Source of the DNA: Halomonas zincidurans B6
GTDB lineage: Bacteria > Pseudomonadota > Gammaproteobacteria > Pseudomonadales > Halomonadaceae
Assembly (NCBI RefSeq): GCF_000731955.1
Contig: NZ_JNCK01000001.1
Coordinates: forward strand, 624,676 to 664,675
Direction of reading: 5' to 3'
DNA: 40,000 nucleotides
The translations under genes and the position numbers were made by a program. This document shows, piece by piece, positions 9,048-17,040 of the stretch. The stretch's first letter is position 1; every line of letters begins with the position of its first letter. The notes beneath the pieces were generated by a model. The model was not told where the DNA came from, made no database searches, and worked only from the letters and a program-made list of their open reading frames with translations.

Positions 9048-10052
9048 ATGGGCTTGTTGATCGAAGGCCAATGGCACGACCAGTGGTATGACACCGAGAA
9101 GCACGGCGGCGAGTTCGTGCGTGAATCGGCCCAACTGCGCAAATGGCTGACCGGCGACGGCGCACCGGGACCGCAAGGGCAGGATGCGCTGCCGGCCGAA
9201 GCGGATCGCTACCATCTGTATGTCTCGCTGGCCTGTCCCTGGGCGCACCGCACCCTGATCATGCGCAAGCTGAAGGGCCTGGAGCGGCTGATCGGCGTGT
9301 CGCATACCAGTCCGCTGATGCTCGACCAGGGCTGGAGTTATCATGTCGGCGAGGGCTCGAGCGGCGATCCGCTCAATGGCGTGGACTACCACCATCAGCT
9401 CTACACCATGACGCAACACGACTATACCGGTCGGGTCACGGTGCCGGCGCTGTGGGACAAGCTTGGCAAACGTCTCGTCAATAACGAATCCGCCGATCTG
9501 GTGCGTATCTTCAACGACGCCTTCGACGCTATCACCGGCAACCGGCTGGACTTCTATCCGACCGAGCTGCGCGAGACCATCGAAGCGGTCAATGCCGACG
9601 TCTACGATCACATCAATAACGGCGTCTACAAGGCCGGGTTCGCCACCGAGCAGAATGTCTACGAGAAGCACGTCACGGCGCTGTTCGAGGCGCTCGATCG
9701 CATGGAAGCGCGGCTTGACGAGCAGCGTTACCTGGCCGGTGAATGGCTGACCGAAGCGGATATTCGGCTATTTACCACGCTGGTGCGTTTCGATCCCGTC
9801 TATCACGGGCATTTCAAGTGCAATCTGCGGCGCATTACCGACTATCCCAATCTCGCGAACTACCTGCGCGAACTGTACCAGTGGCCGGGTATCAAGGAGA
9901 CCGTCGACTTCGATCATATCAAGCGCCACTACTATGGCAGCCATGCCACCATCAATCCCACCGGCATCGTGCCCAAGGGTCCGATCCTCGACCTCGAGCG
10001 GCCGCACGACCGCGAGCGCCTAACGGGGCAGGGGATCCGCGAGAAAGCATAA
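9048..10052 (+). CDS. yqjG: Glutathionyl-hydroquinone reductase (Xi-class GST, YqjG/ECM4 type)
   Basis: The product is near-colinear with E. coli YqjG as I remember it, including MG.LI.G.WHD.WYDT and the active-site stretch YHLYVSLACPWAHRTLIMRKLKGLE. Confidence 0.85.
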   Translation: MGLLIEGQWHDQWYDTEKHGGEFVRESAQLRKWLTGDGAPGPQGQDALPAEADRYHLYVSLACPWAHRTLIMRKLKGLERLIGVSHTSPLMLDQGWSYHVGEGSSGDPLNGVDYHHQLYTMTQHDYTGRVTVPALWDKLGKRLVNNESADLVRIFNDAFDAITGNRLDFYPTELRETIEAVNADVYDHINNGVYKAGFATEQNVYEKHVTALFEALDRMEARLDEQRYLAGEWLTEADIRLFTTLVRFDPVYHGHFKCNLRRITDYPNLANYLRELYQWPGIKETVDFDHIKRHYYGSHATINPTGIVPKGPILDLERPHDRERLTGQGIREKA

Positions 10053-10096
10053 TCCAGGCTCGGATGTAAGCGGTGAAGACTAGATATAAGTTTGTT

Positions 10097-10154
10097 GGGG
10101 AACGTGTTCCCGACAGCCTGTTGCCGGCTTCAATCGCGAATGAATTCGCTCCCA
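10097..10154 (-). repeat. REP-like palindromic element (two short hairpin modules)
   Basis: The modules are GGGAAC-gt-GTTCCC and GCGAAT-ga-ATTCGC. Read on the minus strand the element is TGGGAGCGAATTCATTCGCGAT...GTCGGGAACACGTTCCCC, the same layout as the element at 12108-12173. It abuts the intron 5' end. Confidence 0.5.
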
Positions 10155-10666
10155 GTGCGCCCGTGAAGGCGTGCACACAACTCGGTGGAAGTCCGAGTCG
10201 GGGTAAGCCATGGCCCCGTAGTCGAAGGTAACTGCGTCGCCGCGAGGCGGGGTGGAGAGCAACCGGAGGCGAACTGGCGGTCCGTAGGATGACGAACTCG
10301 ATTCGGCCGGGTCAGGTGGCGAGCTTGCTGGGAGACAGCGAAGCCTGAAACGCACCCGTCGCGCTGGGGTGGCGGCTAAAGCGACGGCGGGACCTGCCAG
10401 GTGGTTGGAGGCGGAACGTCAGGAAGGGTGCACGAGATAAGCGGGGAGTCCTGGTCACCGAGGTGACGGCGGCCAGGGGTCAGAGCCTTCATAGTACCGG
10501 CGTGCGGATCACGCCTTGGCCACGGCTCATCCCGGCGAAAGCAGGGATCTAGAGATGCGGGAGTGCTAACTCTGCCTACCGCCAAGACGCCGTACAGGAG
10601 GCGCAGAGAACAGAACCTGTGCCGAGGGAAGGGAGGCAGGAAGATGGATGCGAGAGACGACCAGAG

Positions 10667-12001
10667 ATGAGCGAACGCAACAGCACAGCATCGATAGTGT
10701 CCCCCCGTGGGACTAAGCAAGGTGCGTCATCACCCGCCGCTATGGCGGGGGGTGACCGCTCAATCTGGACGGACCGCATGTTGGCGGCGCTGGATAACGG
10801 CGTCAAAGGACGTAAATGGTTCAGCCTGATCGACAAGGTACACCGCTCGTCGACCCTAGCGAGTGCCTGGCTACAGGTCTACCGCAACCAGGGTGCAGCG
10901 GGGGTCGATCGGCAAAGCGTGTCACGCTTCGCCGCGCAGTCCGGACGCCACCTTGAGGAGCTCCAGGCCGACCTGGCGGCGGGGCGGTACCGCCCACAGG
11001 CGGTGCGGCGGATCGAGATCCCCAAGGGCGGCGGCAAGACACGCCCGTTGGGTATCCCTACCGTCAAGGACCGCATCGTTCAGGCGGCGCTCAAGCGTGT
11101 CATCGAACCGATTCTCGAGCACGAGTTCCTGCCGATGAGCTATGGCTTCCGACCAGGAAGAGGCTGCAAGGACGCCTTGCGGGCCGTCGATGATGGCCTC
11201 AAGGCCGGCATGACCTGGGGGGTCGACGCCGACCTGCAGGGTTACTTCGACAGCATCCCGCATGACCGCCTCATGAGCCGTGTTGAGGAACGGCTCAGCG
11301 ATGGTCGGTTGTTGTCACTGCTGCGTGCCTGGCTGACGCAGGACATCGTTAGCGAGATGAACTGCTGGAGCCCCACCGCGGGAGCGCCGCAAGGAGCGAT
11401 CATCAGCCCCTTGCTGGCGAATCTCTACCTGCACCCGCTGGACCAGGAGATGACCCAGCGCGGCTATCGCATGGTGCGGTATGCCGACGACTTTGTCATC
11501 CTCTGTTACAGCGAGCAGGAGGCCCGGCAGGCCCTGGCCCACGTGCAGGACTGGGTGATGACGAATGGCCTGACCCTGCACCCCGACAAGCCCCATATCG
11601 GTGACTGTCGACAACGCGGCGAGGGCTTCGACTTCCTGGGCTACCGCTTCGAGGCGGGAAAGCGCTGGGTACGTAGGAAGAGTCTCAGAGCCTTCAAGGA
11701 CAAGGTGAGAAGCAAGACGCGGCGGACGGAAGGTAAGAGTCTGCGGCAGATCATCGCCTCACTCAATCCTCTGCTAAGAGGCTGGTTCGGCTACCTCCGA
11801 CACGCCTATCGGACAACGTTCCGGCCGTTGGATGGCTTCATCCGCCGACGGCTTCGCGCCATCCTGCGCAAGCAGGAGAAACGCCCTGGGCGTGGCAACA
11901 CCGGAACAGACACGCGACGTTGGCCCAATAGGTTCTTCGCCGCTGCCGGGCTTTTCACCCTAGCCGAAGCCTGGCAGCAAGCGAGCCAATCACGATGTTG
12001 A
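10667..12001 (+). CDS. Group II intron reverse transcriptase/maturase
   Basis: RT motifs are RPLGIPTVKDRIVQAALKRVIEPILE, GFRPGRGCKDAL, PQGAIISPLLANLYL and YADDFVILC. The maturase X region reads LNPLLRGWFGYLRHAY. No HNH/En domain follows. The start could be ATG 10667 (chosen) or the track GTG at 10619. Confidence 0.9.
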   Translation: MSERNSTASIVSPRGTKQGASSPAAMAGGDRSIWTDRMLAALDNGVKGRKWFSLIDKVHRSSTLASAWLQVYRNQGAAGVDRQSVSRFAAQSGRHLEELQADLAAGRYRPQAVRRIEIPKGGGKTRPLGIPTVKDRIVQAALKRVIEPILEHEFLPMSYGFRPGRGCKDALRAVDDGLKAGMTWGVDADLQGYFDSIPHDRLMSRVEERLSDGRLLSLLRAWLTQDIVSEMNCWSPTAGAPQGAIISPLLANLYLHPLDQEMTQRGYRMVRYADDFVILCYSEQEARQALAHVQDWVMTNGLTLHPDKPHIGDCRQRGEGFDFLGYRFEAGKRWVRRKSLRAFKDKVRSKTRRTEGKSLRQIIASLNPLLRGWFGYLRHAYRTTFRPLDGFIRRRLRAILRKQEKRPGRGNTGTDTRRWPNRFFAAAGLFTLAEAWQQASQSRC

Positions 12002-12015
12002 AACTATCGACTGGA

Positions 12016-12083
12016 GAGCCGTGTGCGGGAGAACCGCACGCACGGTTCGGAGGGCGGGGAGGCGAAGCCTTCCCGACCCCTAT
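12016..12083 (+). ncRNA. Group II intron catalytic domain V plus branch-point domain VI
   Basis: The domain V hairpin has an AGC triad near the base of the helix, a 2-nt bulge on the 3' strand and a GAGAA-type loop. The domain VI helix is GGGGAGGC-gaa-GCCTTCCC (one G-U pair) with an unpaired A at 12076. Confidence 0.8.
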
Positions 12084-12107
12084 CAAGGACAAACTAACTG
12101 GCAGGGG

Positions 12108-12173
12108 GCTGTGGGAGGGAGCTTGTTCGCGATAGGGGCAGCCGAAACCGATCGGGAACAAGTTCCCTCCCCC
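12108..12173 (+). repeat. REP-like imperfect palindrome (long hairpin)
   Basis: The arms GGGAGGGAGCTTGTTCGCGAT (12113-12133) and ATCGGGAACAAGTTCCCTCCC (12151-12171) are complementary apart from 2 mismatches, around a 17-nt loop. The element sits between the intron 3' end and the queG stop and may also act as a terminator. Confidence 0.55.
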
Positions 12174-12238
12174 AAAACCCTAGGTCTCGGCTTGGGTGGG
12201 CCATCATCGAAATGGGGTCCCCTGCCACGGCTGGCGGT

Positions 12239-13336
12239 TCAGTCGGTTGAGAGAGCGATGGGTTGCTTGCGGCGTTGCCGGTCGAGCGCCCAGCGCACAT
12301 GTTCGCGCACCAGATCGGAGGGGTAGGCGAGCCGCGCCTGAAGGGCGGCTTCGACGGCCCGGCTCCAGGGGGCGTTGCCCAACCCCACGGCGAGATTGCG
12401 CAGCCAGCGTTCGTAGCCGATGCGGCGGATCGCGCTGCCCTGGGTCTTGGCGAGGAACTCCCCTTCGCTCCAGGCGAACAGGGCCAGCAGCTCGGCGCGG
12501 TCGAGATCGTGGCGCGGGGCGAAGTCCTCTTCGGCGCTGGCCCGGGTGAAGCGCGTGTACGGACAGACCAGCTGGCAGTCGTCGCAGCCGTAGACCCGGT
12601 TGCCCATCGCCTCGCGATACTCCTCGGGTATGCTGCCGTGCAGCTCGATGGTCAGGTAGGAGATGCAGCGCCGCGCATCGATCACCTTGTCGTCGACGAT
12701 CGCCCCGGTGGGACAGGCGGTCTGGCAAGCCGCGCAGGAACCGCAGTGCTCGCTCTCGAACGGCGCGTCCACCGGCAGCGGCAGGTCGGTGTAGAGTTCG
12801 CCGAGGAAGAACAGCGAGCCGGCCTGGGGGTTGAGCAGCATCGAGTTCTTGCCGAACCAGCCGAGCCCGGCCTTCTGGGCCAGGGCGCGCTCCATGACCG
12901 GCGCGGAGTCGACGAAGGTGCGATAACCGTAGGCGCCGCCCGCGTCCTCGATGCGTTTGGCGAGGCTCGCCAGGCGCTTGCGAATCAGCTTGTGATAATC
13001 GCGGCCCAGCGCATAGCGCGACACATAGGCGCGCCGCGGTTGGCCGAGTACCTTGGTGGTCTCGACCTCCGGCGGCAGGTAATCCATGCGCACGCTGATC
13101 ACCCGCAGGGTGCCGGGGATCAGCTCCGCGGGTCGGGTGCGCCGAGTGCCATGCCTGGCCATGTAGTCCATCTCGCCGTGGTGGCCGGCTGCCAGCCAGC
13201 GCTGGAGATAGCGCTCGTGGTTGCCCAGCTCGGTGTCGGTGATGCCGACCTGCTGGAAGCCCAGTTCGCGGCCCCATTGCTTGATGCGCTCGGCCAGCTC
13301 GGGGTAGTCGGGTTGTGCGCGTTCGCCAGAAATCAT
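12239..13336 (-). CDS. queG: tRNA epoxyqueuosine(34) reductase
   Basis: The sequence is QueG-like throughout, with 4Fe-4S motifs CGSCAACQTACPTGAI and CDDCQLVCP. It is divergent from nnr, as queG (yjeS) is in E. coli. The start is ATG 13336 (MISGERAQ) or 13360. Confidence 0.85.
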   Translation of the reverse strand: MISGERAQPDYPELAERIKQWGRELGFQQVGITDTELGNHERYLQRWLAAGHHGEMDYMARHGTRRTRPAELIPGTLRVISVRMDYLPPEVETTKVLGQPRRAYVSRYALGRDYHKLIRKRLASLAKRIEDAGGAYGYRTFVDSAPVMERALAQKAGLGWFGKNSMLLNPQAGSLFFLGELYTDLPLPVDAPFESEHCGSCAACQTACPTGAIVDDKVIDARRCISYLTIELHGSIPEEYREAMGNRVYGCDDCQLVCPYTRFTRASAEEDFAPRHDLDRAELLALFAWSEGEFLAKTQGSAIRRIGYERWLRNLAVGLGNAPWSRAVEAALQARLAYPSDLVREHVRWALDRQRRKQPIALSTD

Positions 13337-13497
13337 CGATTCACGTCGGTCGAGGGGCAATGCGAGCTACTGCGAAGAACCATCATGCAAGGTAGGCTGT
13401 CGTTTCAACAACGCCCAGCCAATGTCGGGCCAATACTGAGAAGAGAAGGACGTAGCCTACACTATTCACCCGTTCATGGTCATAGCGGAGGGCGCGC

Positions 13498-15066
13498 ATG
13501 TCGAGCCATTCCAGTCATTCCAGCCATCCCCGTAAGCCGGGTGACGCGACACCGCATCCGCTTTACCTGGCCGCCCAGGTCCGTGAAATCGATAGCCGCG
13601 AAATCGCCGCCGCCCAGCCCGGTGACAAGGAGCGCGGCGACGCGCCGGGCTTCGCGTTGATGCAGCGCGCGGCGATGGCCGCCTATCGGCAGCTGCGCGA
13701 ATGCTGGCCCGAGGCGCGCCGACTCAGCGTGCTGTGCGGCTCGGGCAACAACGCCGGCGACGGCTACGTGCTTGCCGCACTGGCCGTCAACGACGGACTC
13801 GAGGTGCAGCTCCTCGCGCTGCGCGACCCCGCCGCGCTCACGGGCGAGGCGGCACGCGGCGTCGAGATGGCGCGTGGGGCCGGGCTCGTCGTGCAACCAT
13901 GGGCGGAGGATGCCGCGCTCACCGGCGAGGTGGTCGTCGATGCCTTGTTGGGAACTGGCCTGGGCGGCGAGGTCCGCGAACCCTACGCCATGGCGATCGG
14001 CACGATCAATGCAAGCGAGCGGCCGGTACTGGCGCTGGACATCCCCTCGGGGCTGGCCGCCGACAGCGGCGCGGTGCTGGGCGTGGCGGTGCGCGCCACG
14101 CTGACCGTGACGTTCATCGCCGACAAGTTCGGCCTGCACACCGGCCAGGCCGCGGATTATGTCGGCGCGCTGGCGTTCTGCCCGCTCGGCGTCGACAGTG
14201 GCGAACATGCGGATATCGCGCCGGTCGCCGAGCTGCTCGATGCGAGCCTGATCGCCACGGCATTGCCGCCGCGCGCCCGGGCCAGTCACAAGGGCGATTT
14301 CGGTCACGTGCTGGTGATCGGCGGGGCGCCGGGGCTGGGCGGCGCGGCACTGCTCGCCAGTCAGGCGGCGGCGCGGCTGGGGGCCGGCAAGGTCAGCCTG
14401 GCCACCGCGCCCGAGCACGTCGGCGCGAGCCTGATTCGCACCCCCGAGGTCATGGCCCGCGGGGTGCGCGGGGTGAGTGACGCCACACCGATGCTCGAGG
14501 CGGCGGAGGTGATCGTGATCGGTCCCGGGCTGGGGCGCGATGCCTGGGGGCAAGGCTTGATGCAGGCGGCGCTGGACAGCGGCAAGCCGTTGGTGATCGA
14601 CGCCGACGGTCTCAACCTGCTGGTCGAGCGCTGGCCCGAGTTGCATCGCGACGACTGGCTGCTGACGCCGCACCCCGGCGAGGCGGCGCACCTTTTAGGC
14701 ATCAGCGGCAGCGAAGTCCAGGCCGACCGGTTGGCGGCAAGTCGCGCGCTTAAGGCGCGGCGCGGCGGCACGCATGTACTCAAGGGTGCGGGGAGCCTGA
14801 TCGCCGGCCCGCAGGGCATCGGGGTGTGCCCTTACGGCAATCCGGGCATGGCCAGCGGCGGCATGGGCGACGTGCTTTCCGGCATTCTCGGCGCGCTCGT
14901 CGCCCAGGGCCTGACACTCGAGTCCGCGGCGCGGGTGGGTACGCTGCTGCACGCCTGCGCCGCCGATCAGGCGGCGAGCGTGTACGGCGAGCGTGGCCTG
15001 CTGGCGGGCGATCTGGCATGCTATGCGCGAATTTTGGCGAATGGCCGACCGACGACGCGACGATGA
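13498..15066 (+). CDS. nnr: Bifunctional NAD(P)H-hydrate repair enzyme (epimerase / ADP-dependent dehydratase, YjeF)
   Basis: The N-terminal YjeF_N region reads VLCGSGNNAGDGYV. The C-terminal carbohydrate-kinase-like region reads HKGDFGHVLVIGG...GNPGMASGGMGDVLSG. The position upstream of tsaE matches E. coli yjeF. Confidence 0.9.
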   Translation: MSSHSSHSSHPRKPGDATPHPLYLAAQVREIDSREIAAAQPGDKERGDAPGFALMQRAAMAAYRQLRECWPEARRLSVLCGSGNNAGDGYVLAALAVNDGLEVQLLALRDPAALTGEAARGVEMARGAGLVVQPWAEDAALTGEVVVDALLGTGLGGEVREPYAMAIGTINASERPVLALDIPSGLAADSGAVLGVAVRATLTVTFIADKFGLHTGQAADYVGALAFCPLGVDSGEHADIAPVAELLDASLIATALPPRARASHKGDFGHVLVIGGAPGLGGAALLASQAAARLGAGKVSLATAPEHVGASLIRTPEVMARGVRGVSDATPMLEAAEVIVIGPGLGRDAWGQGLMQAALDSGKPLVIDADGLNLLVERWPELHRDDWLLTPHPGEAAHLLGISGSEVQADRLAASRALKARRGGTHVLKGAGSLIAGPQGIGVCPYGNPGMASGGMGDVLSGILGALVAQGLTLESAARVGTLLHACAADQAASVYGERGLLAGDLACYARILANGRPTTRR

Positions 15067-15527
15067 TGATTTGCTTATCCGACGAAGCCGCCCAGGTGGC
15101 GTTCGGCGATGCCCTGGGCCGGGCGCTGGCCGGACGCGGCGTCGTGCATCTGACCGGCGAGCTGGGCGCCGGCAAGACCACCCTGGCGCGCGGCATTCTG
15201 CGGGCCTACGGCCACCGCGGCGCGGTCAAGAGCCCGACCTACACGCTGGTCGAGCCGTATCGACTGGCCGGCCTGCAGATCAACCATTTCGACCTTTACC
15301 GGCTGGGCGATCCCGAAGAGCTGGAGTTCATCGGCGCCCGCGATCTGTTCGGCAGCGATTCGCTCAATCTGATCGAGTGGCCGAGCCGCGGCGCCGGCTG
15401 GCTACCCATGCCCGACCTGGTGATTTCCCTGAGCGTTTCGGGGCCGGGTCGTCAGGCCCATCTCAAGGCGGAGACCGCCTATGGCGAGGCCGTCATCGAG
15501 CGATTGTCGGTCCCGTCCGTCGATTAA
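15063..15527 (+). CDS. tsaE: tRNA threonylcarbamoyladenosine biosynthesis ATPase TsaE
   Basis: The start is an internal ATG at 15063 within track ORF 14826..15527, overlapping the nnr stop (ATGA). The P-loop reads LTGELGAGKTTLARG, followed by SPTYTLVEPY and HFDLYRL motifs. Confidence 0.85.
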   Translation: MMICLSDEAAQVAFGDALGRALAGRGVVHLTGELGAGKTTLARGILRAYGHRGAVKSPTYTLVEPYRLAGLQINHFDLYRLGDPEELEFIGARDLFGSDSLNLIEWPSRGAGWLPMPDLVISLSVSGPGRQAHLKAETAYGEAVIERLSVPSVD

Positions 15528-15543
15528 GGATACACGCTAGACC

Positions 15544-17025
15544 ATGACTTTCTGGATTTGGCAGAGCCTCCGGGCTCGTTGCACGGGCCTTCGTCGCGGG
15601 CTGGTCGCCGTGCTGTGCGGCGTCGCGATGACCGTCGCCGCGACACCGACACGGGCCAACGAAGTCGACAACGTGCGGTTGTGGGCGGCACCCGATCGTG
15701 TGCGGCTGGTCTTCGACATGGCCAGCGCGCCACAGGCCAACATCTTTTCCCTCGACGACCCGCGACGCCTGGTGATCGATCTCGCCGACAGCCAGCTCGA
15801 GGCCGACGTTGCCTCGATCGATCTCGAGGGCAGCGCGATCAGCCGGATTCGCAGCGGTACTCGTAACGGTGACGATCTGCGTGTGGTGCTCGATCTCAAG
15901 CGCCAGGTAGTGCCGCGACATTTCACCCTGGCGCCCAACGACCAGTACGGAAACCGGCTGGTGGTCGATCTGAAGTACCCCGGCGAGAGCGCCGTGGAGG
16001 ATCCCATCGACCCCATCGAGGCGAAGATCCGCGAGCAGGAGATCGCCGCCCAGCGCGCTCAGGCCGAGGCGCGTGTCAACGGTCAGCCCGCGGCGACTGT
16101 CGAAGCGGTGACGGCCGCCAAGTCGCATCCCAAGCGCGATATCATCATTGCCGTGGATGCCGGCCACGGGGGCGAGGACCCGGGTGCCAGCGGCCCACGC
16201 GGCACCCAGGAGAAGGCGGTAGTGCTGGCGATCGCCCGCAAGCTCAAGTCGCAGATCGATGCCACGCCCGGTTACAAGGCGGTGCTGACCCGCGATGGCG
16301 ACTACTATGTGGGGCTGCGTCAGCGCACCCTGCTGGCACGCGACCAGAAGGCCGACTTCTTCGTCTCGATCCACGCCGATGCCTTCAAGAGTCCACGGCC
16401 GACCGGCAGCTCGGTATACGCACTGTCGCAGAGCGGCGCGACCTCGGAGACCGCCAAGTGGCTGGCGGCCTCCGAGAACCGTTCGGACCTGATCGGCGGC
16501 GTCGACGGCAGCCTGAACCTGGCCAACAAGGACGAGACGCTGCGCGGTGTGCTGCTCGACCTGACCATGACCGCCACACTCAACGATTCGTTGGCGGCGG
16601 GCGGCCAGGTGCTCGACCAGCTCGACAAGATCAACAGCCTGCACAAGTCGCGGGTCGAACAGGCCGGTTTCGTGGTGCTCAAGTCGCCGGACATACCGTC
16701 GCTGCTGATCGAGACGGGGTTCATCTCGAATCCCGGGGAGGAGCGCCGCTTGCGCGACCCAAGCTATCAGGGCCAGCTTGCCCGGGCGATCTTCAAGGGG
16801 ATCGACGCGCACTTTCAACAGAGTCCGCCACCCAGCAGCCTGATCGCCTGGCAGCGCGACCAGGGGCGGGGTGGGCAGGCCAATCAGTACCGCATTCAGC
16901 CGGGCGACACCCTGTCGGAGATTGCCTCCCGGAATCAGGTGTCGCTGAGCACACTGCGCGAGGTCAATGAGCTCGAGAGCGACTCGATTCGCGTCGGCCA
17001 GGTCTTGCGCATTCCGCGCGGTTAA
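15544..17025 (+). CDS. amiB: N-acetylmuramoyl-L-alanine amidase (Amidase_3) with N-terminal AMIN-like region and C-terminal LysM
   Basis: Catalytic-region motifs are IIIAVDAGHGGEDPGA, FVSIHADA and ETGFISNP. The C-terminal LysM reads YRIQPGDTLSEIASRNQVSLSTLREVN. A signal peptide is present. The tsaE-amiB-mutL synteny matches E. coli. Confidence 0.85.
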   Translation: MTFWIWQSLRARCTGLRRGLVAVLCGVAMTVAATPTRANEVDNVRLWAAPDRVRLVFDMASAPQANIFSLDDPRRLVIDLADSQLEADVASIDLEGSAISRIRSGTRNGDDLRVVLDLKRQVVPRHFTLAPNDQYGNRLVVDLKYPGESAVEDPIDPIEAKIREQEIAAQRAQAEARVNGQPAATVEAVTAAKSHPKRDIIIAVDAGHGGEDPGASGPRGTQEKAVVLAIARKLKSQIDATPGYKAVLTRDGDYYVGLRQRTLLARDQKADFFVSIHADAFKSPRPTGSSVYALSQSGATSETAKWLAASENRSDLIGGVDGSLNLANKDETLRGVLLDLTMTATLNDSLAAGGQVLDQLDKINSLHKSRVEQAGFVVLKSPDIPSLLIETGFISNPGEERRLRDPSYQGQLARAIFKGIDAHFQQSPPPSSLIAWQRDQGRGGQANQYRIQPGDTLSEIASRNQVSLSTLREVNELESDSIRVGQVLRIPRG

Positions 17026-17040
17026 TCTTCGGTAGTCGCC

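Larger units (their letters stand above)
10155..12083 (+). mobile_element. Group II intron (bacterial, RT/maturase-encoding, no endonuclease domain), apparently full length
   Basis: The 5' end is GTGCG at 10155. The RT/maturase ORF lies in the middle. A canonical domain V (GAGCCGTGTGCGGGAGAACCGCACGCACGGTTC, 12016-12048) is followed by a domain VI helix with a bulged A (12076) 7 nt from a 3' end ...CCCCTAT (12083). Total length is 1929 nt. Confidence 0.85.

Noticed and set aside
10080-10836. Minus-strand ORFs of 91, 114 and 86 aa inside the group II intron 5' half, plus the 9952-10176 ORF
   Set aside because: They lie antisense to structured intron domains I-III or to the REP-like element. 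The GANSFAIEA-type peptide is a common artefact of translating REP sequences. Nothing supports coding.
13498-13530. A short CATTCCAG-type nucleotide repeat at the nnr 5' end (peptide SSHSSHSSH)
   Set aside because: It is a small in-frame low-complexity stretch at the N-terminus of a well-supported gene. It could alternatively mean the true start lies slightly downstream. It has no independent significance.
15544-15660. An Arg-Arg pair in the AmiB signal peptide (TGLRRGLVAV) as a Tat export signal
   Set aside because: The match to the S/T-R-R-x-F-L-K consensus is only partial. Whether export is by Sec or Tat cannot be decided by eye, so the observation is not reported as a finding.
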